64,000 bases of DNA from Narcine bancroftii (GCF_036971445.1 NC_091470.1:53568001-53632000), one strand, 5' to 3'. Positions 36,253 through 50,649 are shown, counted from the first letter of the stretch. Notes: generated by a model not told the origin, from the letters alone. Numbers and translations are program-made.

Positions 36253-36929
36253 ATCACCAACAATATAGGTTGGAACTAGTCACTTTTGTTCATTCAACTG
36301 GGAACCATTTAGAAAGATTGTACGGTTGGCAAAGGGACATGTGCACTGCCATTTGCGCACCGATTTATTTGGTAGAGTTCCAATGGTGATATACGGGTGT
36401 AAACTGTTCCACTTGGAGGGGAATTAACATCTACAAGGTCCAGCATCTGCTCTATTATCCTTCTTGGCTCACAAGGTCATGGGTGAGGAACTTCCACAAA
36501 ATAACTACAAAGCCTACTTTAATTTATTCTCTCTAAATTTAAAACGGAAGGATAAATATGTGCAGCGATCTTGTTAACATCATCCAACTATCCATATCTG
36601 TGCAGCAGGCCCCATTTAGTTGCTAAGATCATCAACTCTGGTCCGGATTATGCTGGTTTTTATTTAAACTGCAAAGAAACTTGGCAATCCTCATGGAATC
36701 CAACAGGGGAGCACAGTTTTCCTCATTTTTTTTCTGGGATTCCTTTGGAAAGCTATGTCCTAAATTTGTTCCACATTAATCTGGCACAATTCCAGCAGGT
36801 GCATTGCTATCAATATAAAGAAACACTGCAAGGGGAATAGCAAGGCTTTGTTTTATTTATTGTTTCTTAATTAGTAATTTCTAAGACCAGTATTCATTGT
36901 CTATTCTTCATTACACTTGAGAAGTAATA

Positions 36930-37655
36930 CTCATGCCTTGCAAGTGCCAGCCAATGACGATAGCCAACAAAAGAAAATATATCTATCTCCCCCTTGTGTT
37001 CAATCATTACTAGATCCCCTGCTGTCATTATTCTGGAGTTATATCCAGAAACTCAACTGGAGTAGCCATACATACAATTTGTTAACACAAAGTCAGAGCC
37101 TTAGAATCCTGCAGCGGGTAACCCTACGTCTAACGCCCCAAAGCCTGTCCACCATCTGCAAGGCAAAAGTCAGGAATGCTTTGGAATACTCTCCACTTGC
37201 CTGGATGAGTGCAGCTTCAACAATGCTCAAGAAGTCCACAACAATTCACACACTCCACCACAAATGCACAATTGCAGCAGTTTATATCAACTCCAGAATG
37301 CACTGCAGCAACTCACCAAGACCTCGTAAATAGCACCTTCTAAACCTCTACCAGCCTCTACCAGCTAGGACAGGTCAGCAAAAGCATGGCAACTCCATCA
37401 CCTGGAAGTTGTCCTCCAAGCCACATACCAGCCTAATCAAGAAATGTATTGCTGTTAATAGAACATAAAAGATTACAACAAGCTACAGACCCTTTCAACA
37501 TTGCTGGTCAGAACTCCCTCCCTGGCAACATAGTGAGTACATCCACACCTCAAGGCCTGCAGCAATTTTAATAGGCAACTCAATATCACCTTCCCAATGG
37601 CAATTTGGGTTGGGAACTTAAATGTTGCCTCAGCCTGCTAGGCTCATGTCGTTTG
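36930..37655 (+). mobile_element. CR1/L2-group LINE 3' fragment
   Basis: LTPQSLSTICKAKVRNALEYSPLAWMSA..HTLHH..MHCSNSPR. Confidence 0.7.
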
Positions 37656-37719
37656 AATTTATCATTTTTTTAAAACACTAAATAGTGAGCAGTGGCACGT
37701 GGGGGAGATATTTCCATCA

Positions 37720-39000
37720 ATTTCAAGTTCAAGTTTATTTATCATGTGACTGCACCAATACTGATTCAGATTTCAGATTTATTGCCAGACATCATACATG
37801 ACATTGCATACAACCCTGAGAATCTTTTCCTGCAGACGAGGCAGAATTAACATTTATGGGCAGTGCAAAAAAACTCTACTCAATCTACACATGGAAACAA
37901 ATAAAGAAATCTAAACAAACTGACTGCAATACTGGAGGCACTAATATGCTTTCTTCACAATGCATTAATGTGTTGGGTCCAGGAAAGATCCACCCTGAGT
38001 TAATGACTCCCAAGAAATTAAATTTGCTCATTCTCTCCATCACTGATCTCTCAATGATCACTGGATTGTATACCTCTGGTACAACCCAATGGAACAACGC
38101 TCTTTGGGCCACAATGCAAAAAGGTGCAAACACACAAAAACACAAAGCACGCATTCAGACATGTACAGTACATGTATACACATATGTAAAATAAATATTA
38201 TTAATAAATAGTGGAGTTTTGGAGAGTTGTTTTTACAGATCAACAGTTATTCAGGAGTTTCACTGCCCTGGGAATAAGTTGTTCTCAGCCTGATGGTTCT
38301 GTAAACTGATCTCCCTGAAAACTAGCTTAATTCATCTTACCCGCAGTCTGTATGCCAAAGTTAGCAGGATGGATAAATGGTCTCAGTATCTAAGGTTAGG
38401 GTTGTCAGACTTGTACCCATCAGGGATGTTAATGTACATTCAGTCTAGGGTGTTGACATGCTGCTGAAGTTGGGGTAGAACAATTTTTAAGGTGGCGTGG
38501 TGGAAGTAGCCAGCTACAGTCATGTAATTATCAGGGTGAGGTGTCTGGGGTTCACAGATGGCACCATAAAGTTCCTTCTTCGCTTCACCCTCAATGCTGA
38601 ATTCCCTGGACCAGTGAAGGGTCTGCATTTTACCAACAGCTACTCCATTTCTGCTGAGCAGTAGATCTTTACACCAGAGACATTTGTGCACCAGTTCTCA
38701 CTGATGTAAATGCACAAACCACCACCTTGAGCCTTGCCAGAAGCAGCAGCATCTCTGTCTGCCCTGAAGGAGACAAGACCAAGCAGCTGGATCCTTGAGT
38801 CTGGAATGGAGTTCCGAAACAATATATTTCTGTAATCACCAGAACACAAATCCCTGCAGGTTTTTCTGGTTTGGATACAGTCCCAGATAACCCATTTTAT
38901 TCTCTAGTAAGATTGTCAGGTGCATAAGTCAGAATGGATTAACTCTTGGTCAAACCCTGATGTCCCCCCCCCCCCCACCCCCCCACCATTTCTGCACGTC
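37720..39000 (-). mobile_element. Rex1-like LINE fragments (nested tails, RT and endonuclease pieces)
   Basis: Reverse tails caagttcaagtttatt and gattcagatttcagatttatt; FNFLGV; RADRDAAASGKAQGGGLCIYISENWC. Confidence 0.65.
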
Positions 39001-39295
39001 CCTTCTCACACAGCACTTCCAATGGCCTCCCGCACATCTCCAGCGATCTGCTCCGCAGTTTACTGCAGTCTGGCTCGCTTCCTTCAATAAGTTAAAGCCG
39101 CTCATTAATGTTCTGGTCCAATCCTCCACTTTGAAAGTACATGTCATATTTCTTATTTCCCTCATGTTTCCCAATTGTAGACAGTACCTATATGTGAGGG
39201 GATTTCACTGTTATATAGAGCTGAAGTGGCTGTTGCAACTTTGTGCACTGCCATGTGTGCACCAATTTATTTGGTAGAGTTCCAATGGTGATATA

Positions 39296-39590
39296 TGCCT
39301 GCCACATTGACCACCGCCAGTGGGCTGATATCGCCTCAAACCGTGCATCTTGGCGCCTCACAGTTTGGCGGGCAGCAACCTCCTTTGAAGAAGGCCGCAG
39401 AGCCCACCTCACTGACAAAAGGCAAAGGAGGAAAAACCCAACACCCAACCCCAACCAACCATTTTACCCCTGCAGCCGCTGCAGCCATGTCTGCCTGTCC
39501 CACGTCGGACTTGTCAGCCACAAACGAGCCTGCAGCTGACGTGGACTTTTACCCCCTCCATAAATCTTCGTCCGCGAAGCCAAGCCAAAG
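39296..39590 (+). mobile_element. RTE LINE short 3' fragment
   Basis: ACHIDHRQW..SHKRACS and tail cgcgaagccaagccaaag. Confidence 0.93.
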
Positions 39591-39699
39591 ATATGGGTGT
39601 AAACTGTTCAGTTTGGAGGGGAATTAACATCTACAAGGTCCAGCATCTGCTCTATTATCCTTCTTGGTTCACAAGGTCATGGGTGAGGAACCTCAGGTC

Positions 39700-40810
39700 A
39701 AAATAACTTAAGCAATGAACTGGCGCATTTTATAACAGTGCACACTGCAGCCGTTGTGCATTGGTAGAGGAAGTACTGAATGGGTGTTTTGCTTTGAATG
39801 GTTTTGAGCTGCTTGACTGTGTTTGGAAGAGTGTTTATGCAGAAAGTGGAGTGTGTTCAATCACAGACCCGTCTCCCAGATGATGAAAAGACTTTTGGGT
39901 GTGAAAAGGTGAGTATATTGCAACAGAATGCCCAGCATTTCACCTAATCTTGTGGTCACAGTTATTATGTAGTTGGTGCCATGGAGTTTCCATCCAAGCA
40001 TCGGGATGTTGCTGTTAATGGGAGACTCAATGGCTATTTCAGCCAGAGGTGATTGGAATCTCTCATACTGGAGCTGGTTGGTACCTGGTGAAACTCTCAT
40101 CTAAATGTTACTTGCCACTTCTCAGCCTTGTCTGAATGCTATCCAGTTCTCATTGCCTGCAGGTTAGACTGCTTCGTTTGCTGAGCTATCCAGTTTTGAA
40201 TGCTATCCAGTTCTCACTGCCTGGAGGTTAGACTGCTTTGTTGGCTGAGCTGCTGTGCATGGAAATGAATGATGTGCACACTCCCACCTCTGATCTTATG
40301 ATGGAAGAAATCTCATTAATGAAGCAGCTAGAAATATTTGGACTGAGTACACTGCCCTGCGTACATCCTGTAATGATGTCATGGGGTTGAGATGGTTGAA
40401 TCCAACAATGAGAATCACCTTCCGTTGTGCATTGGTGTATTTTAGCAGAATTCCTGATTCCACACTCAATTAAGTTGTCTTAATTCAAGAACAGTCACTC
40501 TCACCTCCCCTCTGGCCAATGTGCAAGCCAAGGCTGTGTGATAAGATCCAGAGTACAGTGGTCCCCATAAAATCCAAATCGGTATTGGTAAGCAGGTATA
40601 AAATGAGTAAATGCTGTCAACTAGTGATATCTTTGATCATTTTGCTGGAGATTAAGGGTAGACTGATTCAGCAATATTAAATGGATTCTACTTTAGTGAA
40701 CATTCAATTTTACACATTGTCTTCTAAATATAAACGTTGTGAATTGTAATAGCTTAGTCAGAGGCACAGATGGTTCTAAAATGCAGGCCTTCAGTATGAC
40801 AGTTGGGCTG
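39700..40810 (-). mobile_element. CR1/L2-group LINE fragment, degraded
   Basis: LGILLQYTHLFTPKSLFIIW resembles 36930-37330 in reverse orientation. Confidence 0.5.
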
Positions 40811-41414
40811 TTACTGTATTCACTTTTCTATCAATTTAAGTAAATTAAAGATAATACATAGTAATTTCCAATTAACTGGTTGACTTAAGTTAATGTAAAT
40901 GCCCTTAATTTGTTTTCAGTTGCATTCCTGTGTTGTGTTTTTTTTTCTTAATGCATTAATAATTATAAAGTTTCATTTTTTTGACAATAATGTTAAAATG
41001 TCTCTGACTTTCCTTGGATTTCAATTGAAACAGTGAGGCTATCGAAGCAATCAGACAGCAGAATCTGAAGTTATTTTCAGTCAGGTGGATGGACTAACTC
41101 TGCCTCAGTGATGAGCATCAAGTCATCCCATTTATCACTGATTAAGATATTGGCTAATACTGATATTGTGGTACGATATTACCAATGGATTGTGACACAT
41201 GCAGATGCCAGTTGCATGTTTAAATTCTTCCATTTGTATTTACTATTGCTCAATCACCTGTGTGCAACTAACTCCTTGGTATAGGATTATCTTCCACAGA
41301 GTGTGGATATTTCTCTTCTTCTACCTGCTCTACAGCAATATCTTTTTCCACGGTGACACAAAAGAAAGCAGCAAGACGACTCTGGACATCTGGACATCTT
41401 TCTAAGGTGCTCAA

Positions 41415-41925
41415 TGTTAAATGTTAATTTATTGTCATATACAATGTGCAAATACACCAAAATTCTTACATGCTACAACCAAATAGATACATTAAATTAT
41501 ATATCAACCGCAACATTTAAATTACCATAAAAATTTTAATTACCATTAATGCAAGAAAGGACAAGGTCTAGTAAATTTTTTAAAAAATGAATAAATATTC
41601 ACAGGGCAGTTAGTAGAAGAAAAAGTGAAATTTCAGTATGCAGATTGATCTTTTATTGGTCACATGGTTAGGATAGCATGGAGATCTTCAAGAGCCTGAT
41701 AGCTGTTGGATAAAAACTGTTTTTGTATCTGGAAGTGCTGGAGTCCAGACTTCTGAAACCTCTGCATGGAGGAAGCAGCAAGAAGGGATTGTGAACACAG
41801 TGATGCTGGTGGCCCTCTTAACGCAGCGCCTCATATAGATGATATCAATGGTCAAGATGTTGTTGCCTACGATGGACGGTTAAGTTTTTCACTTTTGCAG
41901 CCTTCTGTGCCCCTGCATATTCAAG
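41415..41925 (-). mobile_element. Rex1-like LINE 3' fragment
   Basis: Reverse tail aatgttaaatgttaatttattgtcat; ttcaagagcctgatagctgttgga signature. Confidence 0.55.
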
Positions 41926-42589
41926 GTTCCCCTTATCACTTGAGTTTCCACTCTGAGACTTGCTTTAAAAATAACTTAAACTCACTCACAGAAGCATAAC
42001 TTTATTTGTTATCACATTGTATCCTTGGGTGTCATAAAAGACAATTCATGATGGCTGCCATGAGTAATCATGACCCTCACAATATAAAACCATCCAGCAG
42101 TCAGAGCAACTGCAAGGGCAGTAGACATCAATGGTGTTATTATAAGTCAGAAATGCATCGGCAGTCTTTGTCCTCCTTTCTTCATGATCCCCTATTGGGA
42201 GTGAGGTCTGTTTGTCCATAAATCGCACTCTCAATGTATCACAATTTGGTGATTACAGGCAGACTTTAAGAATCATGTGTTCTGTCAGTATTATTGGATG
42301 TTCTCCAAGGGAAGTAGATAAAGTGCGGAGCTGGGACAACAAAGCAGTTTAGAAAATTTGGCAGAAGTATATAACTCTGATATGCACAGTGTGAAGGACA
42401 CAAAACAAATTTGATTTGATGGCCACTGACAAAGTTGTACAGAGCTGAACGCACTGACTATATGTGGCTGTTCCAGGATGCAGAATTCAATGCTGGATGT
42501 TGGCAACAGCATCTTTATATCCAGATCTGGAGTTGCACATTCAATCTTTGCCTTATACAGTAAAAATAAACTCATATTCTTGTCAGTAT

Positions 42590-43435
42590 ATCTCCATCGG
42601 GCACACAAAACTCAAAACAGTCAACCAGTTTACCTATCTCGGCTGCACCATTTCATCAGATGCAAGGATCGACAATGAGATAGACAACAGACTCGCCAAG
42701 GCAAATAGCGCCTTTGGAAGACTACACAAAAGAGTCTGGAAAAACAACCAACTGAAAAACCTCACAAAGATAAGCGTATACAGAGCCGTTGTCATACCCA
42801 CACTCCTGTTCGGCTCCGAATCATGGGTCCTCTACCGGCACCACCTACGGCTCCTAGAACGCTTCCACCAGCGTTGTCTCCGCTCCATCCTCAACATCCA
42901 TTGGAGCGCTTTCATCCCTAACGTCGAAGTACTCGAGATGGCAGAGGTCGACAGCATCGAGTCCACGCTGCTGAAGATCCAGCTGCGCTGGATGGGTCAC
43001 GTCTCCAGAATGGAGGACCATCGCCTTCCCAAGATCGTGTTATATGGCGAGCTCTCCACTGGCCACCGTGACAGAGGTGCACCAAAGAAAAGGTACAAGG
43101 ACTGCCTAAAGAAATCTCTTGGTGCCTGCCACATTGACCACCGCCAGTGGGCTGATAACGCCTCAAACCGTGCATCTTGGCGCCTCACAGTTTGGCGGGC
43201 AGCAACCTCCTTTGAAGAAGACCGCAGAGCCCACCTCACTGACAAAAGGCAAAGGAGGAAAAACCCAACACCCAACCCCAACCAACCAATTTTCCCCTGC
43301 AACCGCTGCAACCGTGTCTGCCTGTCCCGCATCGGACTTGTCAGCCACAAACGAGCCTGCAGCTGACGTGGACTTTTTACCCCCTCCATAAATCTTCGTC
43401 CGCGAAGCCAAGCCAAAGAAAAAAAAAGAAAAAAG
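42590..43435 (+). mobile_element. Young RTE LINE 3' fragment (open frame)
   Basis: ISIGHTKLKTVNQFTYLG..CNRCNRVC..HKRACS; A-rich tail. Confidence 0.95.
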
Positions 43436-44099
43436 ACAATATTTCCAAAAATGTGCTTTACGAAAATCAATGGGTGGGATAAGTTAAAATGTTAGAACAT
43501 AGAATTGGCCCATTAAGTTGATACTGACATTTTTATCCAAAAATCATTTTGTAGATCTTCAAAACCTGTTTCCTCTCCTATGTGTCCAAAAGTTGTTTTC
43601 TCAAATTTACAGACAAGGCCCAATAGCCAAGTTCCCTTTATTACCAAAGAACATGGGAATAAAAATAAACCTGGGTTAATCAAAGCAAGAGAGAAATGCA
43701 AAAGCTGTTGGAAGCCCGAGCCAGCAATGAGCTGCTGGAGAAACTCAATGGATCAGAATCCAGTCAGTAGAAAGAGTCAACATTTCAGGGAGGGACTCTT
43801 TATTAAGATTAAAGTAGGAAGACAGATTATCATGTATTTCAAAGGTATATAAAATGGAGGGGGAGAGGAAACTTGGGAATAACAAAGAGATGATGGGGTA
43901 TTCATAAGAGGTGAAATGATACATAGAGGGAGAGATGAAGGAGAAGGAGGGTGGGAAGGTTAGAGAGAAAAATTTGAATGGGAGTCAGTAAATAAAAGAT
44001 GCAATTAGTGGAGCCAGATCGGGGTGAGGATTACCCAAAAATAGATCATGCCATTGATTTCAAGGCTGCTTAACATCCTCGATATGTTCTGTGAAACTG

Positions 44100-44915
44100 G
44101 GTATTATGCAATGTGGATGTTGTGCTCACACCATATTACTGTATATGCTTAGCCAAACTATATGAGATATGAACTTTAGATAAATTAAACTGTTTAATTT
44201 TTTTCACTTTTTAAACTTTTATGTCAACATTTTATTAGCCTGTAACGTGCAAAATTCAACAGAGGATCAGGATCATCCACATCACTGTTCTCAACTTCCT
44301 CAGCGTTCCACTGGAAGAGTTTCAGGTTGTGATAGTACAGGCCTATCACCAATGTATATAGTTACAGTATCTAGAGTGTAATGACTGTGCTTACAGCGAT
44401 TGGCCGGGAGCTTAGCCACGCCTACTGTCTGGGCCTTAAAGGGTTGTGTCCCTAGCCAGGTCGGATCATTCCGGACTGGTCGGCCACCTGTGAAGAGCTC
44501 CTGTCTTTTGCTAATAAAAGCCTTGGTTTGGATCAACAAGTCTTTGGTTCTTTCGACGAGCTCTACACAGGTTGAATAACCTCTATTGATGAACTGTCAC
44601 TCTGTAATGCCTGAAGGACATAGCTGCGACTCTTCTCGGGGAGGTTTTGGTGTCTTCAGTGTTGTTTGCCTAGTTTGTTTTTTCTTTTCTTCAGAAATTT
44701 CTTTATATGCAGCAAACACTGCGTGAGCATTCTTCTCTTGTCAGTGAAAAGCATTGTGTTTTGGTCCATCTCTTCTGCACTCTTTGCTAAGGTCTTAAAG
44801 TTTGCAAAGAATTTGGCTAACCCCTTAACAGTGAACCTCTTCTGCACCTGTTCTTCTTCTCCTTCTGCAGTTTTCTTTTCTCTTGCCTCTTCGTCAGTTC
44901 CAGTTGCTTCCTCTA
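44100..44915 (-). mobile_element. Tigger/pogo-like DNA transposon 3' remnant
   Basis: KRFTVKGLAKFFANFKTLAKSAEEMDQN resembles the Tigger1 transposase C-terminus; interrupted by a solo LTR. Confidence 0.65.
44328..44567 (+). mobile_element. Solo LTR
   Basis: TG..CA ends, AATAAA, 5-bp TSD CAGGT; paralogous to 56938-57168. Confidence 0.9.
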
Positions 44916-45299
44916 CATCCCATTCTCACGTTCTCCAATCGGGCCACAGACAATGAACATATATGAGGTCGGAGATTGCCCAATCGGACAATGGCAGACA
45001 CGTGTATAATGTGTTGTTCCTCAAGTTTATTTTTGGCTTCTCCCTGGCAATGGAAGAAGCCAAAAACAGACATGTCTATGCAAGATTGGTGAAGGGAATC
45101 AAAATGGTTGGTGACTGGGAGTTCTGGTTTAGACCTACAGGTGTCCAGTAAAACAGTTACCCAATCAGGCAGACCTTTACATTCAATGTTCTTGGTGTGG
45201 TCTTCTCTACATCAGAGAGACCAATGCAAATTGTATGACTGTTTCAACCAAAATATTGACTGAACATTTCAGCCCTTCTGAATTCTTCCTACTTCCCAT

Positions 45300-46160
45300 T
45301 ATGAAGTATAGCAGAGTACAGGCCCTTCAGCCCATGATATTAGGCCAACCTAAATGCTCCTACTTCACAATCTAATTTTCTCAATCTCACACCCATAACC
45401 CTTTATTTTGCTTGCCTATTTAAGAGTCTTTCGAAATGTCCCTATTGTACCAGCCTCCACCACCACACCAGCAATGCATTTCAGTCATCCATCATTGTGT
45501 AAAAGAATACCTCTGACATTTCCCTTAACTTTCCTCTACCCACTTTGAACAGGTCTTTTCTGGTATTTGCTATTGTCGCCCAAGAAAAAAGATGCTGGCT
45601 GTCAACATTAACTGAGCCCCTAAATCTTTTCTACCTCTTCTCATCCTTCATTACTCCAAAGAGACAAGTCTTGTCATTCTTGCTTCAAAGGACATGTTCT
45701 CCAATTCAGGGAACATTCTGACAAATCTACTCTGCACTCTCTCCAAAGCATCAGCATTCTTCCTGTAAAGAGGCAATCAGAACAGAAGGCAATACACCAA
45801 GTGTGATCCACTCAGAGTTTTATAGAGCTGGAACGTTACTTCACGGCTCTTGAACTCAGTCTCCTAAATGCATCATATGCCTTCTTAACTTGAATGGCAA
45901 CCTTGAATAATCTACTTAATTAAAATAAATTATTTCATAGAACATAGAACAATACAGCAGAGGACAGGTATTTTGTTCGACCCATATAATCCCTTCCTAA
46001 AAAAAAGTACAAAACCCTCCCTAACCCATAACCCTATTTTTCCATTCATCCATGTGTCTAAGAGTCTCTTAAATGCCCCCAGTGGTTCAGCTTCCACCAC
46101 CACCCCTGGCAAGGCACTACACACACCCACATTTCTGTGTAAAAAAACTCATTGCTTAGA
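45300..46160 (-). mobile_element. Two CR1 3' fragments
   Basis: Reverse tails (catagaacatagaac, acaggcccttcagccca); ALPGVVVEAEPLGAFKRLLD. Confidence 0.7.
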
Positions 46161-46711
46161 GTCTTTGAACTAGTGAAAGATGACAAAATAGCTAACAGAT
46201 AAAAAAATATTCATAATTAATGATGAAAAGGAAATCTACATGGTTTATGTTCTAAGTAGAAGAAGCCTCTAAGCTGAAACATTAGTTATGTATCTTTATC
46301 TTTGCTATATAAAATATATAGTTTGAGCTGGTGAGTTTCTCCAGCATTGTGTTTTTACCTCAACCATGGAGTTTGCAGACTTTCGTGTTTTACTTTCCTG
46401 ATTTTTACCTACATTTTGTTCTGTTTATGTTCCTCAGATACATCCAATTGTGCAATATTCTAACACAATCCCAATAATTTTGGTGCAACTCCACAAAATG
46501 ACTTGAAAAGCAATATCAGTCTAAATTTCAGAATGACCTCCTGGCAACAGTAAAGTTTTAAACATCTTTTTTTTTTGTTCTTTTATGCCATTACAACCAT
46601 ACTAAATTAAGAGTTTTCATGCTTGCAAGTCCAATGGCATGAACATTTTGCTCAGTTTATACCTGTGATTCCCAAATGTTAATATACAATATGCAAAATT
46701 GCAGTAATACA

Positions 46712-46960
46712 ATATTGTGCACTGTGGAAGCACTAAGGGATGATGGGTGCTTCCCTTCGAAAGGGAAGAAATATCAAATGAAACATTTAATTTTATATTG
46801 TGCACTGTGGAAGCACTAAGGGATGATGGGTGCTTCCCTTCGAAAGGGAAGAAATATCAAATGAAACATTTAATTTTATATTATGCACTGTGGAAGCACT
46901 AAGGGATGATGGGTGCTTCCCTTCGAAAGGGAAGAAATATCAAATGAAACATTTAATTTT
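46712..46960. repeat. 83-bp tandem repeat, three near-identical copies
   Basis: tgcactgtggaagcactaagg... recurs at 46718, 46801 and 46884. Confidence 0.97.
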
Positions 46961-49900
46961 GACTATTTGCGTTATGCTTGGCATATGAGTCTGGAGTGTT
47001 TTAGTGCCATTTAATGCTGCACAAGCTGGGGAAATAATTTACAGTATTATCTATGTTACAAAAAGTATAAATTCTTGGAATGATCCTCAACAGTACTAAA
47101 GTCTTTGATATTCAAAATTGTAAAGCATGTAGCATCATCACAGAAAATGTTAATTCAACCAGTATTTGTTGCTCAGTTTGCAATCAGATGATGTTTTGCC
47201 TCGACATTGGTATTCAGGTAATTCTACAGTCAAGCCACTTGTTGACATTAACCCTCTCCCACGCACCACAAACTCAAGTCCCATACTGTACCAGAGATTT
47301 TGCTTCTTCACATGAGAATGTAAGTTTTAAAGTAATAAACAAAATAATATAGCAGACAACATTCCATGGTATGTTTTGATAATTTAGTGAGATTATAGCT
47401 GATTATGAAGAACAACAACTTTATATTTGGCAAAGACAGTGAAAGACTATAAATGATTTTGGTAATGGTCACGACCCTGATTAATTAATCCCAGAGAATC
47501 CTAAGACGCACACACTTATACGTTTGAATGTTCTGGAAAACTGGAAATTTATCTGTTTAAATATGCAACCTATGACCCATGAGGCAGACTACCTTGGGGT
47601 GAGACTAGATGCTTGTGTCAGTGCTTCTTGCTGTAATGGGGTTCTTATGCTTTGCAAAGTGAATTAAAAAAGAGATTGGCAGCTGTATTGGCATTTTTTT
47701 AATCAAGCAACCTCAATTTCACCCATTCCTGGGGTCTCCTCTCTACATATTCCATCCCCTCAACCCCACCTACATGCGCAGACATGCACAATTAAGTGTG
47801 GCAAAATATCTCATTAGGGCCTGGATTGCTATCACTGGAAGACACTTGGCAATACAAGTGACAAAGATCAAGGGAATTCCTCACTCCCAACAGCACAGGG
47901 ATGACTGTCTCAATCAATTAGCATATGTTGAAAAGATTCATCGTCAGCAATCAGCAAGCAAATCTACTTGTCTAGCCATCTTTCAAAGAGGCAAGTGTCA
48001 ATTGGAAATTCTTCCCCAATCATATTCTTCCTCAATCAGCCAACTAAACTTTCTCTTTTAAAATAATTCTTAGTCTTTGATTTCAAATGCACTTTGCATC
48101 ACAAAATGTCACATTCTAATAATCCTTTGTGTAAAGGATGATTTTATTAACCTTTTCTTTGATTCTTGCTTGTAGAGACATCATTTCATCTTCCTGAGTC
48201 AGTCATTATTTTTAGGCTGAACAGCCCTTTACAATCTTAAATTCCTCAATTAAGACATTGATCTCCAGATCCAAAGGAAAAAAAAAGATTCATAATAAAT
48301 GACACATTTGCAGTGCCTTTAAGTGAACAAGGTGCATCTCTTCCATTGATTTTCTCTCCTTTCTCCAACAGATTGGCTATAATTAAACTGTGCTCCATCA
48401 TTAGGTGATTCAAGATTACTTCCTGAGTTTTTTTTATTTGGATGCCAATGCTCTGTTTTAGAGATGATACGAGTACATTGGCAGGAAGCTGGATCCTGAT
48501 TCAATCCATCACAAATGACCTTAATCAACATTTTCTTCTCCATCCGTAATTCTTTGATGGTATTAACTTAAAACCTTCTAAGAAAGCAAAATAGGTTCAC
48601 TGTTAAGTATATAGTGATAATTTTCAAACATTAGCTGTTATTCATGTTTAAAGTTAAGAAACTTATAAATTCACAGAACAGAAACATTGCCACAATTCTT
48701 TTTGCAAGTAGCTTTGTTCACAATGAATGTACATTTCTGTTATTAAAATTCATCTTGTCATGGATGGCTACATTCTTCACCAAAACAAAATACTTTGTTG
48801 GCTTTCAGCAATAAAACTTTTCTTTGATGTCTTTTTTTAATCTTTGAAATGCTCTATTATTTTGTTTTACCACTAAACAGCCCCAGCAAACAACACAGCT
48901 TTATCAACTTTGCAAAATCAATATAATGTTGGAGCTACTATTGGATCTGCAGCTATATACTGACTTCCAAATTAGTTCAAATCTAAGTCTGAATGAGGCT
49001 GAGCTCATGTTCACCAATTGGACATTAAAACTTTTGTTGTTCTGCATTCTCCTGTAGTTCAGGATGAGCAACTTATTATAACAAGTTATTTAGTTAGCAG
49101 ATTTAATTGACCATCTTCAAGATACAAATTCTATTGGTGAAGTAATTTATTCCATCCTCTACAGAACACTTGGATCTCATTTGTTAGCATGCTGTTCTTC
49201 TCAGCCACTCGCTGCCATTCATCTTCAGTATCAGTGGAATATTGAGCCTGCCCAGAATTTTAATCACAATTGATTAATCTAAATCCAGGAAGCATCATCA
49301 AAATTGGTGGAAATCCAATGAGACTTACTTGATCTGTACTTTAAAAGGTATCCATAAAATTAAATGCATTAAAAATGTAAACACATTAAGGATTACAGAG
49401 GAGAAGAACCTATGCTTGGGAGGGTAAAAAGAATACGTTGAAGATTTATGGAGGGCAGCTAGATTTTTAAATCTTTATTTGAATTATTTACCTGTGGGGA
49501 AAATAATTTAACAATTAATTTTTCTCTAAATATCCATAACAATGTATTCATTTTGTTTTAATTAAACATTTTCATTGTCCATGCAACTTTGGAATCACAA
49601 AATTAACCAAGTCCCCATGCCCTGCAGACACTGTGGCAAGCAAGAATTTCAGTGCATCTGTTCATTATTTGCACTCATGCAATGACAGCTACCTCTCATC
49701 ATAAAGCAAGACATGAAGGAGGAAGTTCAACCAAAAGTGCATCAATCTTTCCCTGGTTTGGCTGCCCAGCAAGTTTCTGATATAGTTTATTTTCATAACC
49801 ACATACATGAACCAAGTCATGTCAAGGAATAGAATTGTTTATTTTATTTTATCAGATAAAGAGTTATTATTCTTAATGCTTAAGAGACATAACTGGGCAT

Positions 49901-50649
49901 AGATTTATTAAAACTAAAAATGGGTACATCCCTAAAATGAGTATTACCAATGAATGGCTCTTCATTTAACTCTGCAGAATGTGTTTTAAAAATAATTCAA
50001 AGTAACTGACAAACTATAACCTACTCTTCAACAGTTCATTGATATGCCCTTATAAATTTTCTTTAGCAAATTAATTTGACTTAATATTTCAGGAAAAAAA
50101 AGCTATTAGTTCCGTATGGAACTACCTCCACTATTCTGACAAGTTTCACCAATTTCTGCAATTTCACGCACACATGATCCGGTTTCACAAGTCCTGAATT
50201 CGCTGACTACAAATGTTCGCAATCACTTTCCTGACTGCACTCAAACATTGTATCTCCACCATTGGCAAGATAGAACCAGTTCAGACAAAAGTACCACTGT
50301 AATGATGAGAACAAGTTCAAAGGGTTCAAGAAGCAATAAGTCCTGGGCACGGATTATTTATGAACAGTAGGCTTTATTTGCATGAGGAGGAATCCGCAAC
50401 AGGGAACACACTCACATATACACAGACAAAGCGATGACACACACATCATGCACATTAGTCACTGGTTAATCCCTGATAATTGCAACTCCCGACTGTGATA
50501 CTATTGATGCTTGCTTGCCACCCTCTGCCTCACTAGCAGGCACAGCATACTGATTATCTAAGAAGTACAACAATTAATGATTAACAATGAGTGAGATGCG
50601 ATAGTTTCTCTCAGGAAGTGGGGGGTGGTTTGTGAGCGCCTCAGGTGTG

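Noticed and set aside
41034-41405. Short exon-like segments (EAIEAIRQQNLKLF; NIFFHGDTKESSK) and similar ones at 42020-42590 and 63040-63340
   Set aside because: Plausible acceptors, but weak donors or early stops, and no recognisable product.
42464-43366. 300-aa ORF resembling a host-RTE fusion gene
   Set aside because: The start is GTG and the 42 upstream codons are unremarkable; explained by a chance in-frame RTE insertion.
46712-46960. CRISPR-like array
   Set aside because: No unique spacers and a eukaryotic context; it is a plain tandem repeat.
50298-50572. Possible solo LTR (TGTAA..CAACA, reverse AATAAA)
   Set aside because: No TSD and no second copy in the window.
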